Shown one piece after another: positions 1-13,180 of a DNA stretch of 64,000 nucleotides (position 1 is the first letter of the stretch; every line of letters starts with the position of its first letter). A model generated the notes under the pieces. The model saw only the letters and a list, made by a program, of their open reading frames with translations, did not search any database and was not told the DNA's origin. The position numbers were made by a program, and so were the translations under genes. Origin of the DNA: Octopus vulgaris (taxonomy: Eukaryota); assembly GCA_951406725.2 (NCBI GenBank), contig OX597832.1:11160001-11224000 (forward strand), read 5' to 3'.

Positions 1-2569
1 TAATGTCTTGGGGAAATATAAAAAGTGTTTCCCCTGCTTCGGTCATTATATTTTGCTGAAGTTTACACATTCTTATGTATTTTATATTCAATATGTTGAT
101 TTTGGAATGTCTGAATACAACATTCAAAGTCGAGAAACGCCATAATTTGGTTCAAAGATCATTATGATTCTGAAAAATAAATAGCTCTTCGCTGCAGGCA
201 AACGTTACTATCTGCTATAATCTTAGATAAAATGTTTACTTTCCCAACATTTGTACTAGGCTAAAAAGTGTTTATCTGGATATGATGCTACTGAATTCGT
301 ATTATTGTAATTTTAATTAGTCTTATATGATATAATTGTTATAGCCCCATGGGACAGCAAGAAATTTTTCGAAACCTACGTTGACTGAATAACCGTATCA
401 AATCTATGCTGATGGAATTTCTCTTCACTTCCTCTGCTTCGGTGATTGGAAAATTTATAAATTTCTTAATTTCGCTTTTTCTCTAATATAGAAATATTAA
501 ATATAAATTGTTATACGTAATGAGTTATCTCAGTAATAGTTTCACTCAGTGAACCAATTTCCATTCCCAGCCAGAGTTAATTATAATGTCTGTAAAATAC
601 ACTGCAATATTTCCGTTTAGCTGTTTTCTTTTTTATTCTTTCTTTCTTTTTTTCTAACATTAAAGTGTATAGATTACTTTACAGTCAGCTTGTAATATTT
701 AAAATCTAAGAACCATTTTCAATTACCTGTTGAAATTATATCCTCTTCCTTTGATTAAATTGTTTTTTAGGTTACTAACTCAGTTTTTAACGTAAACTTA
801 TTTAAACATTGCGTTCCCACGGGTTTAGTTTTCTTTCGTTATTAGGTGTGTTATTTGATTTGAACATATAACTTGACTGTGTTTGGGCGAAGAAAATGTT
901 TATTTCCAAGCTAAGTGTATTAATGTAATTATCAACAAGAACATATTCAATGTATACATGATAAACTTCCTAGTTCATATCCACTCTGATTTCCTACATT
1001 ACAAAATTTTAGAGACTATCTGACAGAGAAATCGTTAATATATTTACAAGTCGGAAAAGTTAGACCTCCGAAAAAGCGTTTTGCTGAATTTAGTTATTGC
1101 TTTATACTTTCTGGGTGCAAATCGAAGATAGAATTGCCTTAAATTTCCTTCAACGGATGACCCACACACATACACATAACAAAGGACAATCAGTCAAGTA
1201 CTCAAAGCTACCTGATCAACTTCTGCCAACTCCAAATGTTCATTCGTATGTCTACACCAGAAATCATTATAATACTTGCAAAATAAAATAAAAATTAAAT
1301 ATTTAACACAGACCTCAGAACAGAATTGTATCAGATGGCACAGCTTTTCTTTGAAATAACTTTTTAGTTGTGCTCAGATTACTTCCAATTCGAAGCTAAA
1401 ATCATTATTCCAAATCCGCAGATGTTTCTGCTGTTGTTACTGCTATTATTGTTGCTTACTACCGAAATACTTGTGACCCATAACACCTTATTATAGTGGT
1501 CCATCCGTAATAATCATGTACAAGTTTAATTCCCTAAGGTGCTACTTGAGAAATTTGACTCCTTTTACAATAATCACATAGCCTTCCACTTGAGATCGCT
1601 TCAAAATATATTATGATGTGATTAAATGATGGATACGAAATACCTTCTCTTTCTATATTCTGTGTTCATCTTCTTCTACTTAAGATAATTTATATAGCAG
1701 TCATATAATGAGATCGATTTAATTAACTCTATCGTTTGTCTATAAATGTATGGCTTCGCACCAATATGAAACAAATCGATATACGAAATATATTCTAAAC
1801 ATTGTTTGATCTCGTGTGAATATTAGACAGATGCAGCTGTCATTATGAATTTTGCCAAAAGTCGATCGTTTAAATGGTCTGACTCATTAGCCATTAGTAT
1901 ATACAATTAAAGATCTTGACAAGAATAAATGTAATATAGAGAAATGTAGTGTTTGAAAATATTTTGAAAATTGAACATATATGTATAGAGAGAGGAAGAG
2001 GAAAACACATAAAATACTTTTCCAAATGAAATGTTTGTATGTATTCTTACTGATTTATCACCTAAAATGCGACTTATCTTTAGGAATGGGGAACTGTTAT
2101 TATCTTAATATACTGTAGTATATTGTGGGAAGTGAGATCATATTTTTTTACATCAAAGTAGAATCATCTTTCCTACAAGATATTGTACCTCTATCTTCTC
2201 CTTCGACTTGATTGAAGAGGGACTTATTGCATGCTGAGTTCGAAATGCACTATATATAAAATGAAAGGATAATAACGAAAGAAAGTACTTGGGGTGGGGT
2301 GGTTACACAGGCATTTTTGTCCAGGATTAATAAGGGGTGGGACAGCAACACTAACAATAATATCTTGAAGTGAGATTTGAAATCAAGGCAAACTAAAATT
2401 TCATCGGAAATAGTATGGCTTTGTAGAATGAGTGTAAGCGAGGAAAATATATGGTTGTTTAATTCAGTATAATTCTCTCTAAATATTATAAGTTCGCCCT
2501 AACTACCGCTGGGTATTACAAATGATATGCTTCCCTATGACTGATGAACTGTCATAGAAATACACATTT

Positions 2570-2960
2570 CCAACAGAGCAGAGACCGTGTCACAAAGACT
2601 GGAACTCATCTTTAGGATCTGAAAAAACTTTGGCTCCCCCAATCTTAAAAAAAAACAAGTGGAAGTTCACTACCAGAGTACTACTCCTATATATGTGTTA
2701 TGCTACTGCTATATAGGCAGACATGTATGGCATCTAAAACGGATCACACAAATTATCGCTACGAAATCCCTACCCGCCACTGCCTGATCTCTTTCCCAAA
2801 GATATACTGTATTCTGACACTGCTTTGTCAACCGTTATTGGCGTGCTCTGAGATATTTGGGGCTGGTAGGACACGTGTCGTATATATTTAGCTAGTTCCT
2901 TCTCTAGTCTGCCATCCTCCTTTCACCAATATTGTATCAACAGGTAAGCCCACACTAGTC
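2570..2960 (+). mobile_element. Heavily decayed RTE-like LINE fragment (region downstream of RT)
   Basis: Broken frames give LLLY..QTCM, RHCL..KI and LRYLGLVGHVS, resembling RTE motifs LLYG.ETW, RCLR.I and LRWLGHV; many frameshifts. Confidence 0.3.
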
Positions 2961-4016
2961 TGCTTGGACTGCGACTGTCTCTATCCATATTTTTCCGAAA
3001 TGGATTTTTACGCATATTTTCCGTGTAGCTGTCATATGCATTTAATTGCGTAGATCTTTCAGTGTCACAAACCCTTCAAGTGGCATAATCATAGCAGATT
3101 CCTTCCTTATAAAAATCAATACAATATATTAACCGCAGTGCAATAGCTGCTTTGATAATATAGTACTTTCTGTACAGTTACTTCTAAAACATCGCTTTAC
3201 TTTCCATTGCTAACACTAAACCATATTTTGCGTTAGCAATTCAAAATTGATCAGACTGGATATTATAACATTGCTGTTGTAACATTTTGACGTAACAATC
3301 CATTTTGCTCTACAGCTCTGACAGTTATCATGTAGCTAATATTTATTTCTAATGATTGATGAGTAGAACGGTATTAAAAAAGAACGAGAAAATATGGAGA
3401 GATGTTGACAATCTTATTCTAAGGATGTTAACATTCAATGTGACGTGGCTTCAAGATATCATATTCATAAAGATTTAGAAGCAAAGCAAATAAAGAATGC
3501 GCAAAAAGAAATTTTAGTGGAGAAGTTTTAAAATATTTCCAAAGACAAATATGTAAAAATAGAATTAAATAAATTGTATTCGCAAAAAGGCATACAATAC
3601 ACGTAAAATATGATTTACTAGTAAGAAGTTATCGAAAAAAAAAATATTTGTCTGTGGTAATTATGATGGTGTATACTATGGCAAACGGTAGGCAAGATGT
3701 ACACAGCGACAGACAAAAAGACGGAAAAGTGGGAGATCTCGAAGAAACAGTTGAAATGGGTTTTAGAGATGTTTGCGGTGGAAGATAGGAGGTAAAATAT
3801 GGAAACTGGATGATGTATCGATAAAGACGTATAATCATGCGTAGGGGAGCCCACACGTATACAGATACAAGTACAGGTACACATACAATAATGTATGTCT
3901 TTTCACAAGAGGCAAAATAATTCCTATTAAATGAATGGACTACACAACTAGAAGGTGAAGAAACATACTTCACTCAAATTCAAGATAAGCTAATAAGAAG
4001 GAAATAATATTCAGAT

Positions 4017-4115
4017 TTACTCTTTTACTCTTTAAATATTTTACTTGTTTCAGTCGACTGTGGCTATGTTGGAGCACCGCCCGTAGTTGAACAAATCGAT
4101 CCCAGGATTTATTCT
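4017..4115 (-). mobile_element. SINE family A, 3' tail fragment
   Basis: tactcttttact...cttgtttcagtc..tgtggctatgttggagcaccgcc is the reverse complement of the tail of the copy at 7692-8104. Confidence 0.75.
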
Positions 4116-4323
4116 ATGAAAATATATGTATCATCTCAAACTATTTCTCAACATCAGTCCATTCTTTTGGCACCAGCTCACGAGCAAGACTTATATCTTC
4201 TCTATCCTATCAACGTGTGACATAGAATACTGCATTAGGCATCATAAAGAATGTACAATCGTAGCCTTCTGGCCTGTAAATGTTGTGTCAAAGAATCTGC
4301 AACTGTTAGTTGTATCGTTGATA

Positions 4324-4451
4324 GAGCGCAGGCGAGGCTATGTGGTAAGGAGTTCGCTTCCCAACCACATGCCTCCAGCTTCCGTCTCACAGGGAGGCAC
4401 TGTAGCCGCAGTCCCAAAAGCTTCCTTATTTGAAACCGAAACGAGCCCATC

Positions 4452-4453
<2 letters not shown>
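4324..4453 (+). mobile_element. SINE family A, degenerate 5' head running into a (TA)n tract
   Basis: gcgcaggcgaggctatgtggtaag...cccaaccacatg and gaaac.gaaa.gagccc.tcgtatata match the head of the copy at 7692. Confidence 0.6.
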
Positions 4454-4504
<51 letters not shown>

Positions 4505-4803
4505 AAAATTAATGCTATCATAAAATACATAGACGAAGAATGGTTATAATTATGAACAAGTCACAATAATAAGAGGGTTTCAAAACCCTTACATGTTTAG
4601 AAATAGCAGTCAAATCCGCTGTAAAGCCATTTAAATGACTCATATTAATTCTCTTCACTATAAAATATGTCTGCGGGTGACATGAGAAATAGAATCTACA
4701 ACTTGTAAATAACTGGTTAATTCCCTTTTGCAATTTCGACGTTAGGGACCTGTTGTGGGACACAGATAATAACTTAACCTCCAATTAAATTGAAAATTCT
4801 GTG

Positions 4804-5470
<667 letters not shown>

Positions 5471-5914
5471 AGGGAGTGATAAATATTTTTTTAATAAGCA
5501 CAATATGTTTTTATGTGCTACTGTTAGTTTCATGCAACAAAAGCGTTCGAGACAGTAATTTTTTAACGAGTGTGGTTTCTCACAGTAATCTCCAGGCACT
5601 GCCCACAAGGCATAACAAGCTAAAAATAGGATGACAGAATGAGGGAAAAAGTGATGCAATGCGAGAAAAGAGTTGTTCCAATAAGTGGAAGGATGGAAAA
5701 CGAAAAAGAATGGGGTGTATCAGATTTATTTTCTTTTTAACCGTAAAATATATTGCTAGAATGTTTGTGGCTGTGAGTCTGATGTACAGCTGCTCAATCC
5801 GGAGAGGGTGGTATTTTCCCGTTCGTCAACGGGACTTAGCTGTATACTTACATCTGCTGAAAATTTCCGTTCTAGAACTGAATAGTGTGTTAGAGTTCTT
5901 AGATCCTTTTTTAA

Positions 5915-6090
5915 TCGTCACCGGCGTTGATATGGTTATGTACCCGTGACATGACGTTTTGGAAGAAGCGTCCAATAGAATGTGTATCAGGTCTTCAGAA
6001 TAAATATGTACTGGGGTCCATTCGTTCGTTGAACAATTTAAGGCGATGTCCCAGAATATCTGCAGTTTAATGATTAAAGAAATAAAGGAA
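5915..6090 (+). mobile_element. SINE family A, decayed 3' half
   Basis: accggcgttg..atgtacccgtgac..aatagaat..tactggggtc..aaggcgatgtcccag parallels 7943-8100. Confidence 0.5.
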
Positions 6091-6099
6091 TTATGACGC

Positions 6100-6500
6100 T
6101 ATGATGATAATTTGGACGACCATGACGGCGGTGAAGGCGACAAAGACGTCGATGATGATGGATACGATGATGGGGATGATGGGAAAGGAGATGGGGGGGA
6201 AAAGGAGGATGGTGATGTTGAAGAGCAAGACGAAGAACAAAAAGAAAGTAACGAAGATAGATATGTCGATATTTGCAAAATGGAATGGGTGTGGCGGTGA
6301 TATCGAAGATGATAATGGTGGATACGATGGTGGCCGTGGAATGGCAAAAGTAAGTTGTAGTGTTGACAGCGAGGATAATGATGATAACGGTGGTGGATGT
6401 AGTGGTGATAGTCATCGTGCAGGTAGTCGTGATGATGATGATGATGATGGTTATGGCCATGCTGATTATGGTGATGATAATGTCGATGATGTAGAAGTAG
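6100..6500. repeat. Degenerate (GAT/GGT)n low-complexity tract
   Basis: gat/ggt triplet-rich sequence; produces D/G/M-rich spurious ORFs. Confidence 0.85.
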
Positions 6501-6957
6501 GCTAATAATTTATTACTGGTTATCCTTTAGAGAGTGCATAGAAGTGATATTTGGCAAGAATGCAGATCCTTGGTTAATTTAACGATCGCAAGAGAAGCAA
6601 TCAATGACCTCTCTGTAGAGGTTTCTTAAGCCAAGAACAATACAATTCTTCTTTTTTTTTACTTTTTCTTTCTCATTTCTTTTTTTGTTTTTCTTTTTGG
6701 ACGGTTCCATTGATAAGACGATATGAGAGAATAGAAGAATACAGATATTTCTATAAACAATACTTGCACATATACACACATATGTACACATATACACAGG
6801 ACATGCATAAGTACAGAGGAGTTGGATTCAACCAATGGGGTATAGACATAAATTATATCTGGCGCCAGATATCTATCTATTGATATCATGTTATATAATT
6901 AGAATTATTGAGCAGGCCTACCGTAGTAATATAACGCGTATCTTTGTTTCACTAATT

Positions 6958-6958
6958 G

Positions 6959-7007
<49 letters not shown>

Positions 7008-7125
7008 TTACTCTTATTATCGGTGTGGTTGTTGTTACTGTTGTCCGAGAGAGGAAGTATAGGGCAATATACAATACGGCATTAGGCTTGTTACCTATTT
7101 TTTTTTTTTTTTTTTTTTTTTTTTT
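6958..7125. repeat. (TTA)n microsatellite and poly-T run
   Basis: Directly visible. Confidence 0.9.
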
Positions 7126-7691
7126 GTTTCCAAATTCTGTTTATCCTAAAATGAAGGGTTAGTTTCTTATCAGTTTGCAGCAATGGTTATTATTTTTTCC
7201 GTTCCTAATAATATTAGCCTGACTACTGTTTGCTTCGGTTATCTTACATGTTTTGCTTCCTTCGCAGTGTTTTCGAATTACACGATTCATCTGTAGAAAA
7301 CTTTTTCTCTTCGGAATATTTGGAAAAACAAAAAAATTAAATTAAATTTTAAAAAATGCTCTTATGTTTTGGTTGTCTCTGCCATTACCGCGGGGGAGAC
7401 AAAATGTCTGACTTTTAGACAGGTTTTTAAACTTTTTAATTTTACATTTTTTTTTCAATTTCATTCTCAAGGTATTTATTAGTTGTTAATTATGTCTTCT
7501 TTATATGGGATTGCCTTAAGAAGTAAGAGACACATTCAGTATCACAGATCATCAAAGATCTAATATATTGTGAAAAACGCTGACACAAATAATAAGAGAC
7601 TAGCAGCAACTAAATAAATAAGTGGCTAAAATATAAATGGCTAAGAAAATAAATAAATGAATAAAGTGCAAGAAACTCCAAGAAACTAATA

Positions 7692-7862
7692 GGCGCAGGA
7701 GTGGCTGTGTGGTAAGTAGCTTGTTTACCAACCACATGGTTCCGGGTTCAGTCCCACTGCGTGGCATCTTGGGCAAGTGCATTCTACTATAGCCTCGGGC
7801 CGACCAAAGCCTTGTGAGTGGATTTGGTAGATGGAAAATGAAAGAAGCCCGTAGTATATATG

Positions 7863-7904
<42 letters not shown>

Positions 7905-8104
7905 CGTGTATGTTTGTGTTTGTCCCCTTAGCATTGTGTGACAACCGATGCTGGTGTGATTATGTCACTTAGCGGTTCGGCAAAAGAGACTGATAGAATA
8001 AGTACTGGGCTTACAATGAATAAGTCCCGGGGTTGAGTTGCTCGATTAAAGGCGGTGCTCCAGCATGGCCGCAGTCAAATGACTGAAACAAGTAAAAGAG
8101 TAAA
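7692..8104 (+). mobile_element. Full-length tRNA-derived SINE (family A, octopus-type) with internal (TA)n(TG)n tract
   Basis: A-box tggctgtgtgg, B-box ggttcagtccc, conserved body, internal microsatellite, tail gactgaaacaagtaaaagag; about ten related copies in the window. Confidence 0.9.
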
Positions 8105-8242
8105 CTCAAGCAAACGAGAACAGTCAGAAGAAATAATTGTTGTTTTGCCATAATCAACAGCGAATGGGTTTCGTTTGATAGACACCGATACTCGGAAAAG
8201 AAATAAATTACGCGATATTTAGGCTACGAAGTTTATTCAGCA

Positions 8243-8641
8243 TTTTTTGTTTCCTACTCTAGGCACAAGGCCCGAAATTTTTGGGGAGATGGCCAGTCAG
8301 TTAGAGTGATTCCAGTACGTAACTGCTACTTAAATTATCGAAACCGAAAGGATGAAAGGCAAAGTCGACCTTGACGGAATTTGAACTCAGAACGTAAAGA
8401 TAGACGAATTACCTCTTTCTTTATTACCCACAAGGGGCTAAACAAGGGACAAACAAGAAACAGACAAACGGATTAAGTCGATTATATTGACCCCAGTGCG
8501 TAACTGGTACTTAATTTATCGTCCCCGAAAGGATGAAAGACAAAGTCGACCTCGGCAGAATTTGTACTCAGAACGTAACGGCAGACGAAATACGGTTACG
8601 CATTTCACCCGGCGTGCTAACGATTCTGCCAGCTCACCGCC
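8243..8641 (-). mobile_element. Dimeric tRNA-derived SINE (family B, Meta-domain-like) with two different tails
   Basis: Minus strand: ggcggtgagctggcagaatcgttagc head, B-box region, central gtcgacttt.ctttcatcctttcgg..cgataa..taagta motif present twice; tails ...gggtaataaagaaa and ...gggccttgtgcctagagtagg. Confidence 0.85.
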
Positions 8642-8711
8642 ATTTTTAGAGTAGTATAATACAAAATTCATGGAAAGCGACGTTGCTTTGTGCTACACTT
8701 AGCTCGTTATA

Positions 8712-8872
8712 ACTGTCAGATGGTTTAGTGCGTCGGACAAAATACATAACGTTCTGATTTCATATCTCGCTGAAGATAATTTGCCTTTCCTTCTTTCGAA
8801 CTTGATAGAATGACTACACGTTGAGCACTTGAAGTTACTGTCCTTGTGTCAAAATTTGAAACCATTATCATT
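8712..8872 (+). mobile_element. Decayed SINE family B copy
   Basis: gtcggacaaaat..acgttctgatttcata..tttgcctttccttctttcg and tail ccttgtgtcaaaatttgaaacc. Confidence 0.5.
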
Positions 8873-9992
8873 TATGCTATTAATCCGTAAAGACATATCA
8901 TGAGATAAGAAATTTTTTTAAATGGTTTCAATTTTACTAAGAAAACAAAATACCTAATAAACATAAGACTACTGAAATATCACGAATAAGTTTAAAAGAA
9001 ATGATTGAGCCAGTGATTTTATATAAGCTGACAACTATTTATTCTAGCATTGTAAGAAATGAAGAGAATACGGTGGCACAAATATCCAACACACAACAAA
9101 TCGAGAAAGACAACCTGACCATACTCAGCGACTGCGTATTTTCAGACTAGGAGATTATAGATAAACGTTCATACTATTGTCAAAATCCATCAGAAATAGA
9201 AATGTCACAAAATCGATGTATCAATTGCAACAGACGACAATATATCTAAATATAAATTGAGACGCTATGTATATATCGTATATACTGTCGTGGATCTTCC
9301 CCCTCTCCCACTAACTTTAAATATCAGAATATTTCACTTGTTCTCTTTCGTTAGTGGGCGGAGAAGTAGACGTAATTGTCTATTTTTCAATGCAAAGTAT
9401 AGGATTGAAAGTTGCTATCTACTTAAAGTTTAGCATTATGTATCGTATTCTTGAAATAAATGTTTTCTCCAAATTGATATAAGGATAACGAAGCGACAAT
9501 ACATAATACTTATCCAGTTTTATCCAGATTTAAATCTGGTCTGTATTCCATATATAACGGGCAATAACAAAAAAGTCATTTGTACAATGCAAGAAAATAT
9601 ATTTTACTTGAGTTCATACTTCAATTTATATTTTATCTTTAGCAATAACTAATTATTGCTACAAAATTATTTTGATAATAAATAAATCTCAGGCACTGCT
9701 CAAGATCAAAGATTCTTGTCTCCACTTCTTACTACAAACATGATTCCCCCATTACTCGGAATGAAGCAAGGCTACTGTGCAAAGTATATCGGTTTCATTG
9801 CTGCCAAACAAAACGTCGTTGATTTAAAAATTTTGCCCCGCACAGGAAAAGACCATTAAAATATTACCCAAATATACCATATTTGTAAAGAGAAGCCGGA
9901 TTCCCAGGGCTGCAAAACATGTACTTTTTACCGCAACAATAAGTGCATTACAAAAAATAAAGCAAATGTATGCATGTATATATATATATATA

Positions 9993-11340
9993 TGTGTGTG
10001 TGTGTAAGTATAGTTATATATGTGTGTGTGTGTAAGTATAGTTATATATGTGTGTGTGTGTAAGTATATTTATATATGTGTGTGTGTGTGTGTAAGTATA
10101 TTTATATATGTGTGTGTGTAAGTATATTTATATATGTGTGTGTGTGTGTGTAAGTATATTTATATATGTGTGTGTGTGTGTAAGTATATTTATATATGTA
10201 TGGATGTGTGTGTGTGTAAGTATATTTATATATGTGTGTGTGTGTGTGTAAGTATATTTATATATGTGTGTGTGTGTGTAAGTATATTTATATATGTGTG
10301 TGTGTGTGTAAGTATATTTATATATGTATGGATGTATGTGTGTGTAAGTATATTTATATATGTGTGTGTGTGTAAGTATATTTATGTGTGTGTGTGTGTG
10401 TAAGTATATTTATATATGTGCGTGTGTAAGTATATTTATATATGTATGGATGTATGTGTGTGTAAGTATATTTATATATGTATGGATGTGTGTGTGTGTA
10501 AGTATATTTATATATGTATGGATGTGTGTGTGTGTAAGTATATTTATATATGTATGGATGTGTGTGTGTGTAAGTATATTTATATATGTATGGATGTGTG
10601 TGTGTGTAAGTATATTTATATATGTATGGATGTGTGTGTGTGTAAGTATATTTATATATGTATGAATGTGTGTGTGTGTAAGTATATTTATATATGTATG
10701 GATGTGTGTGTGTGTAAGTATATTTATATATGTATGGATGTGTGTGTGTGTGTGTGTGTGTAAGTATATTTATATATGTATGGATGTGTGTGTGTGTAAG
10801 TATATTTATATATGTATGAATGTGTGTGTGTGTAAGTATATTTATATATGTATGAATGTGTGTGTGTGTGTGTGTAAGTATATTTATATATGTATGGATG
10901 TGTGTGTGTGTGTAAGTATATTTATATATGTATGGATGTGTGTGTGTGTGTAAGTATATTTATATATGTATGAATGTGTGTGTGTGTGTAAGTATATTTA
11001 TATATGTATGAATGTGTGTGTGTGTGTAAGTATATTTATATATGTATGGATGTGTGTGTGTGTAAGTATATTTATATATGTATGTATGTGTGTGTGTGTA
11101 AGTATATTTATATATGTATGGATGTGTGTGTGTAAGTATATTTATATATGTATGATGTGTGTGTGTGTGTGTAAGTATATTTATATATGTATGGATGTGT
11201 GTGTGTGTAAGTATATTTATATATGTATGGATGTGTGTGTGTGTAAGTATATTTATATATGTATGGATGTGTGTGTGTGTGTAAGTATATTTATATATGT
11301 ATGGATGTGTGTGTGTGTAAGTATATTTATATATATATAT
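9993..11340. repeat. Minisatellite, ~30-42 bp unit gtaagtatatttatatat(gtatggat)(gt)n, roughly 35 copies
   Basis: Directly visible tandem array with a variable (GT)n spacer. Confidence 0.95.
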
Positions 11341-11990
11341 GGATGTGAATGTGTGTATGTATGCATGTATATATGTATATATTTCTACACAAACACACAC
11401 GCACAAACATATATATATATAATATACATACACACGAGGCCTTGCAAAAAACACACAGAATGTATTAACATATCGTTTTGTGTAATAAGACGGAATGCAT
11501 ATGCAACAGACATGGTATATATATATTACTTAGAAAACTCTCAGTACAATATTGAATCACAAATACAAATACAGCTGAATGAATTCAAGGCAGTAGAAAT
11601 TTCTTCATCGTTATGGAATGAAATAACACAGTACAAATATGTTCCCTTGTGTAATTGATACATGAGAAAACAGAAAACGAAAGGAATAAAAAAGAAAAGA
11701 TTATAATGGCTGAAAAATACAAATAGAGATGGAATAATGGATAACGTGAAAAGAAAATGACAAGAGAAAATTCAGCATTATTATCTTTGGAACTGAAAAA
11801 ATAGATGTTTTAAACCAGCTAAGCCCTGATCTTGCATAATTATAATCAAAGCCGATTCATACCTGACCATTGTAAAGATTAATATATTCAGGTCGACTTT
11901 ACATGGTGTACGATATTTCTAAGGCAGAAAAGTAGAGGTTGTCGGGAGATTTGGCTGTTGTTAGAAGTACGATGATAAATCCTTTTCTAT

Positions 11991-12614
11991 ATAGAAATAT
12001 TAAAATTGCTATGTCTCCCTAACGGAGACTACGGCAGCGGTACTGGAAATTAACAGTTATCGCCAAGCTATTAAGGCAGTCCATAAATATAAGACTAAAG
12101 CTGCCGTTGATTAGCTCCAAGAGGCCATCGCCTCTAGCTAACTATATGACATACGAACCTGTGTCCATTATAACCTTCGAACAGGGGAGGCCAGCCGCTT
12201 CCCCTTGCTGGTAAAGCATCTGCAGACATGTTTCAGGATATTTGCCCTTTATCAATGTAGAGTAGTTAACTTATCTAATTTCAGTGGAATACTTCAACTG
12301 ATTTTCAAAAATAGAAATATTAAAATTTCTAAGTCTCTCTAAAGGAGACTACGGCAGCGGTACTGGAAATTATCAGCTAATATGGCAGTCCATAAATATA
12401 AGACTAAAGTTGCCGTTAATTAGCTCCAAGAGGCCATCGATTCTAGCTATATGACACACGAAAATGTGTCCATTATAACCCAGTTCGAAGGTTATAATGG
12501 ACACAGGTTCGTGTGTCATATAGCTAGCCAGAGGCGATAGCCTCTTGGAGCTAATCAACGGCAGATTTAGTCTTATATTTATGGACTGCCATATTAGCTT
12601 GGCGATAACTGTTA
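11991..12614 (-). mobile_element. Penelope pseudo-LTR / retrozyme-like insertion: 1.5 tandem 320-bp units plus an inverted partial copy
   Basis: atagaaatattaaaatt...cattataacc starts at 11991 and again at 12311; 12483-12614 is the reverse complement of about 12051-12182; a hammerhead motif lies inside the unit. Confidence 0.75.
12220..12260 (-). ncRNA. Minimal type I hammerhead ribozyme, U3-A8 core variant
   Basis: Minus strand ctaca-TTGATAA-aggg caaata tcct-GAAA-cat-GTC-tgcag: stem I (one mismatch), 4-bp stem II, palindromic acatgt stem III, GUC cleavage triplet. Confidence 0.7.
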
Positions 12615-13180
12615 CTTTTCTATACAGATAAGGAGAAATTAAGAAATCGGGGTGATCATTATCATAAAGCAGCAAAAATAGCAGCAGCAGGAGCAGCAAT
12701 ACAAGAAACATCTGCATAAATATTAATATCAGAAGCGAATGTTTATAATTTACAAGATGGAAAACCAATTTATTCTAATAACTGTGTTTGGTTTGAGAAG
12801 AAACTCTGCATCTGTCACATTGTGATGGCGTTGGAAAACAAGGGAAACAATTTATCTGTAAAACAACTACATCATTTGACTACTGTATCGTATGTCATTG
12901 TTTTCTTTCATGATAAATACGTATAGAGCACAAGTAACATGAATGGCCTTTTGTTCGGTTGAAAGAACGTATAAAACACAATCATATAGCTTATAACGTT
13001 CTTGGAAATATGTGTCCCTGTAATAATTACTTATGCACACACATCAACACTCAGACACACATATAAAATATATATATATTTAAATATACATATAAACACA
13101 TACGCATATACATACGTACACACATGTGTATATACATACATAACAGCTGTACCACGCTTTTCTCGGATTCATAGAAAGTA

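Noticed and set aside
2536-2570. CTGATGA...GAAA matches (also 24470-24505, 35770-35800 and 61845-61870 on the minus strand)
   Set aside because: There is no stem II or stem I pairing; these are chance matches, one of them inside a SINE head.
4585-4660. Possible degenerate hammerhead on the minus strand (gtgaaga...taaacatgta)
   Set aside because: Two invariant core positions are wrong and no stem I can form.
6074-6505. Acidic or His-rich ORFs (also 60630-60899 and 40592-40877)
   Set aside because: They arise from trinucleotide low-complexity tracts.
7692-7765. tRNA genes at the SINE heads
   Set aside because: A/B boxes are present, but there is no complete cloverleaf and each head continues into a SINE body.
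9993-11340. CRISPR-like regular repeat array
   Set aside because: The spacers are only variable (GT)n runs rather than unique sequences, there are no cas genes, and the context is eukaryotic.
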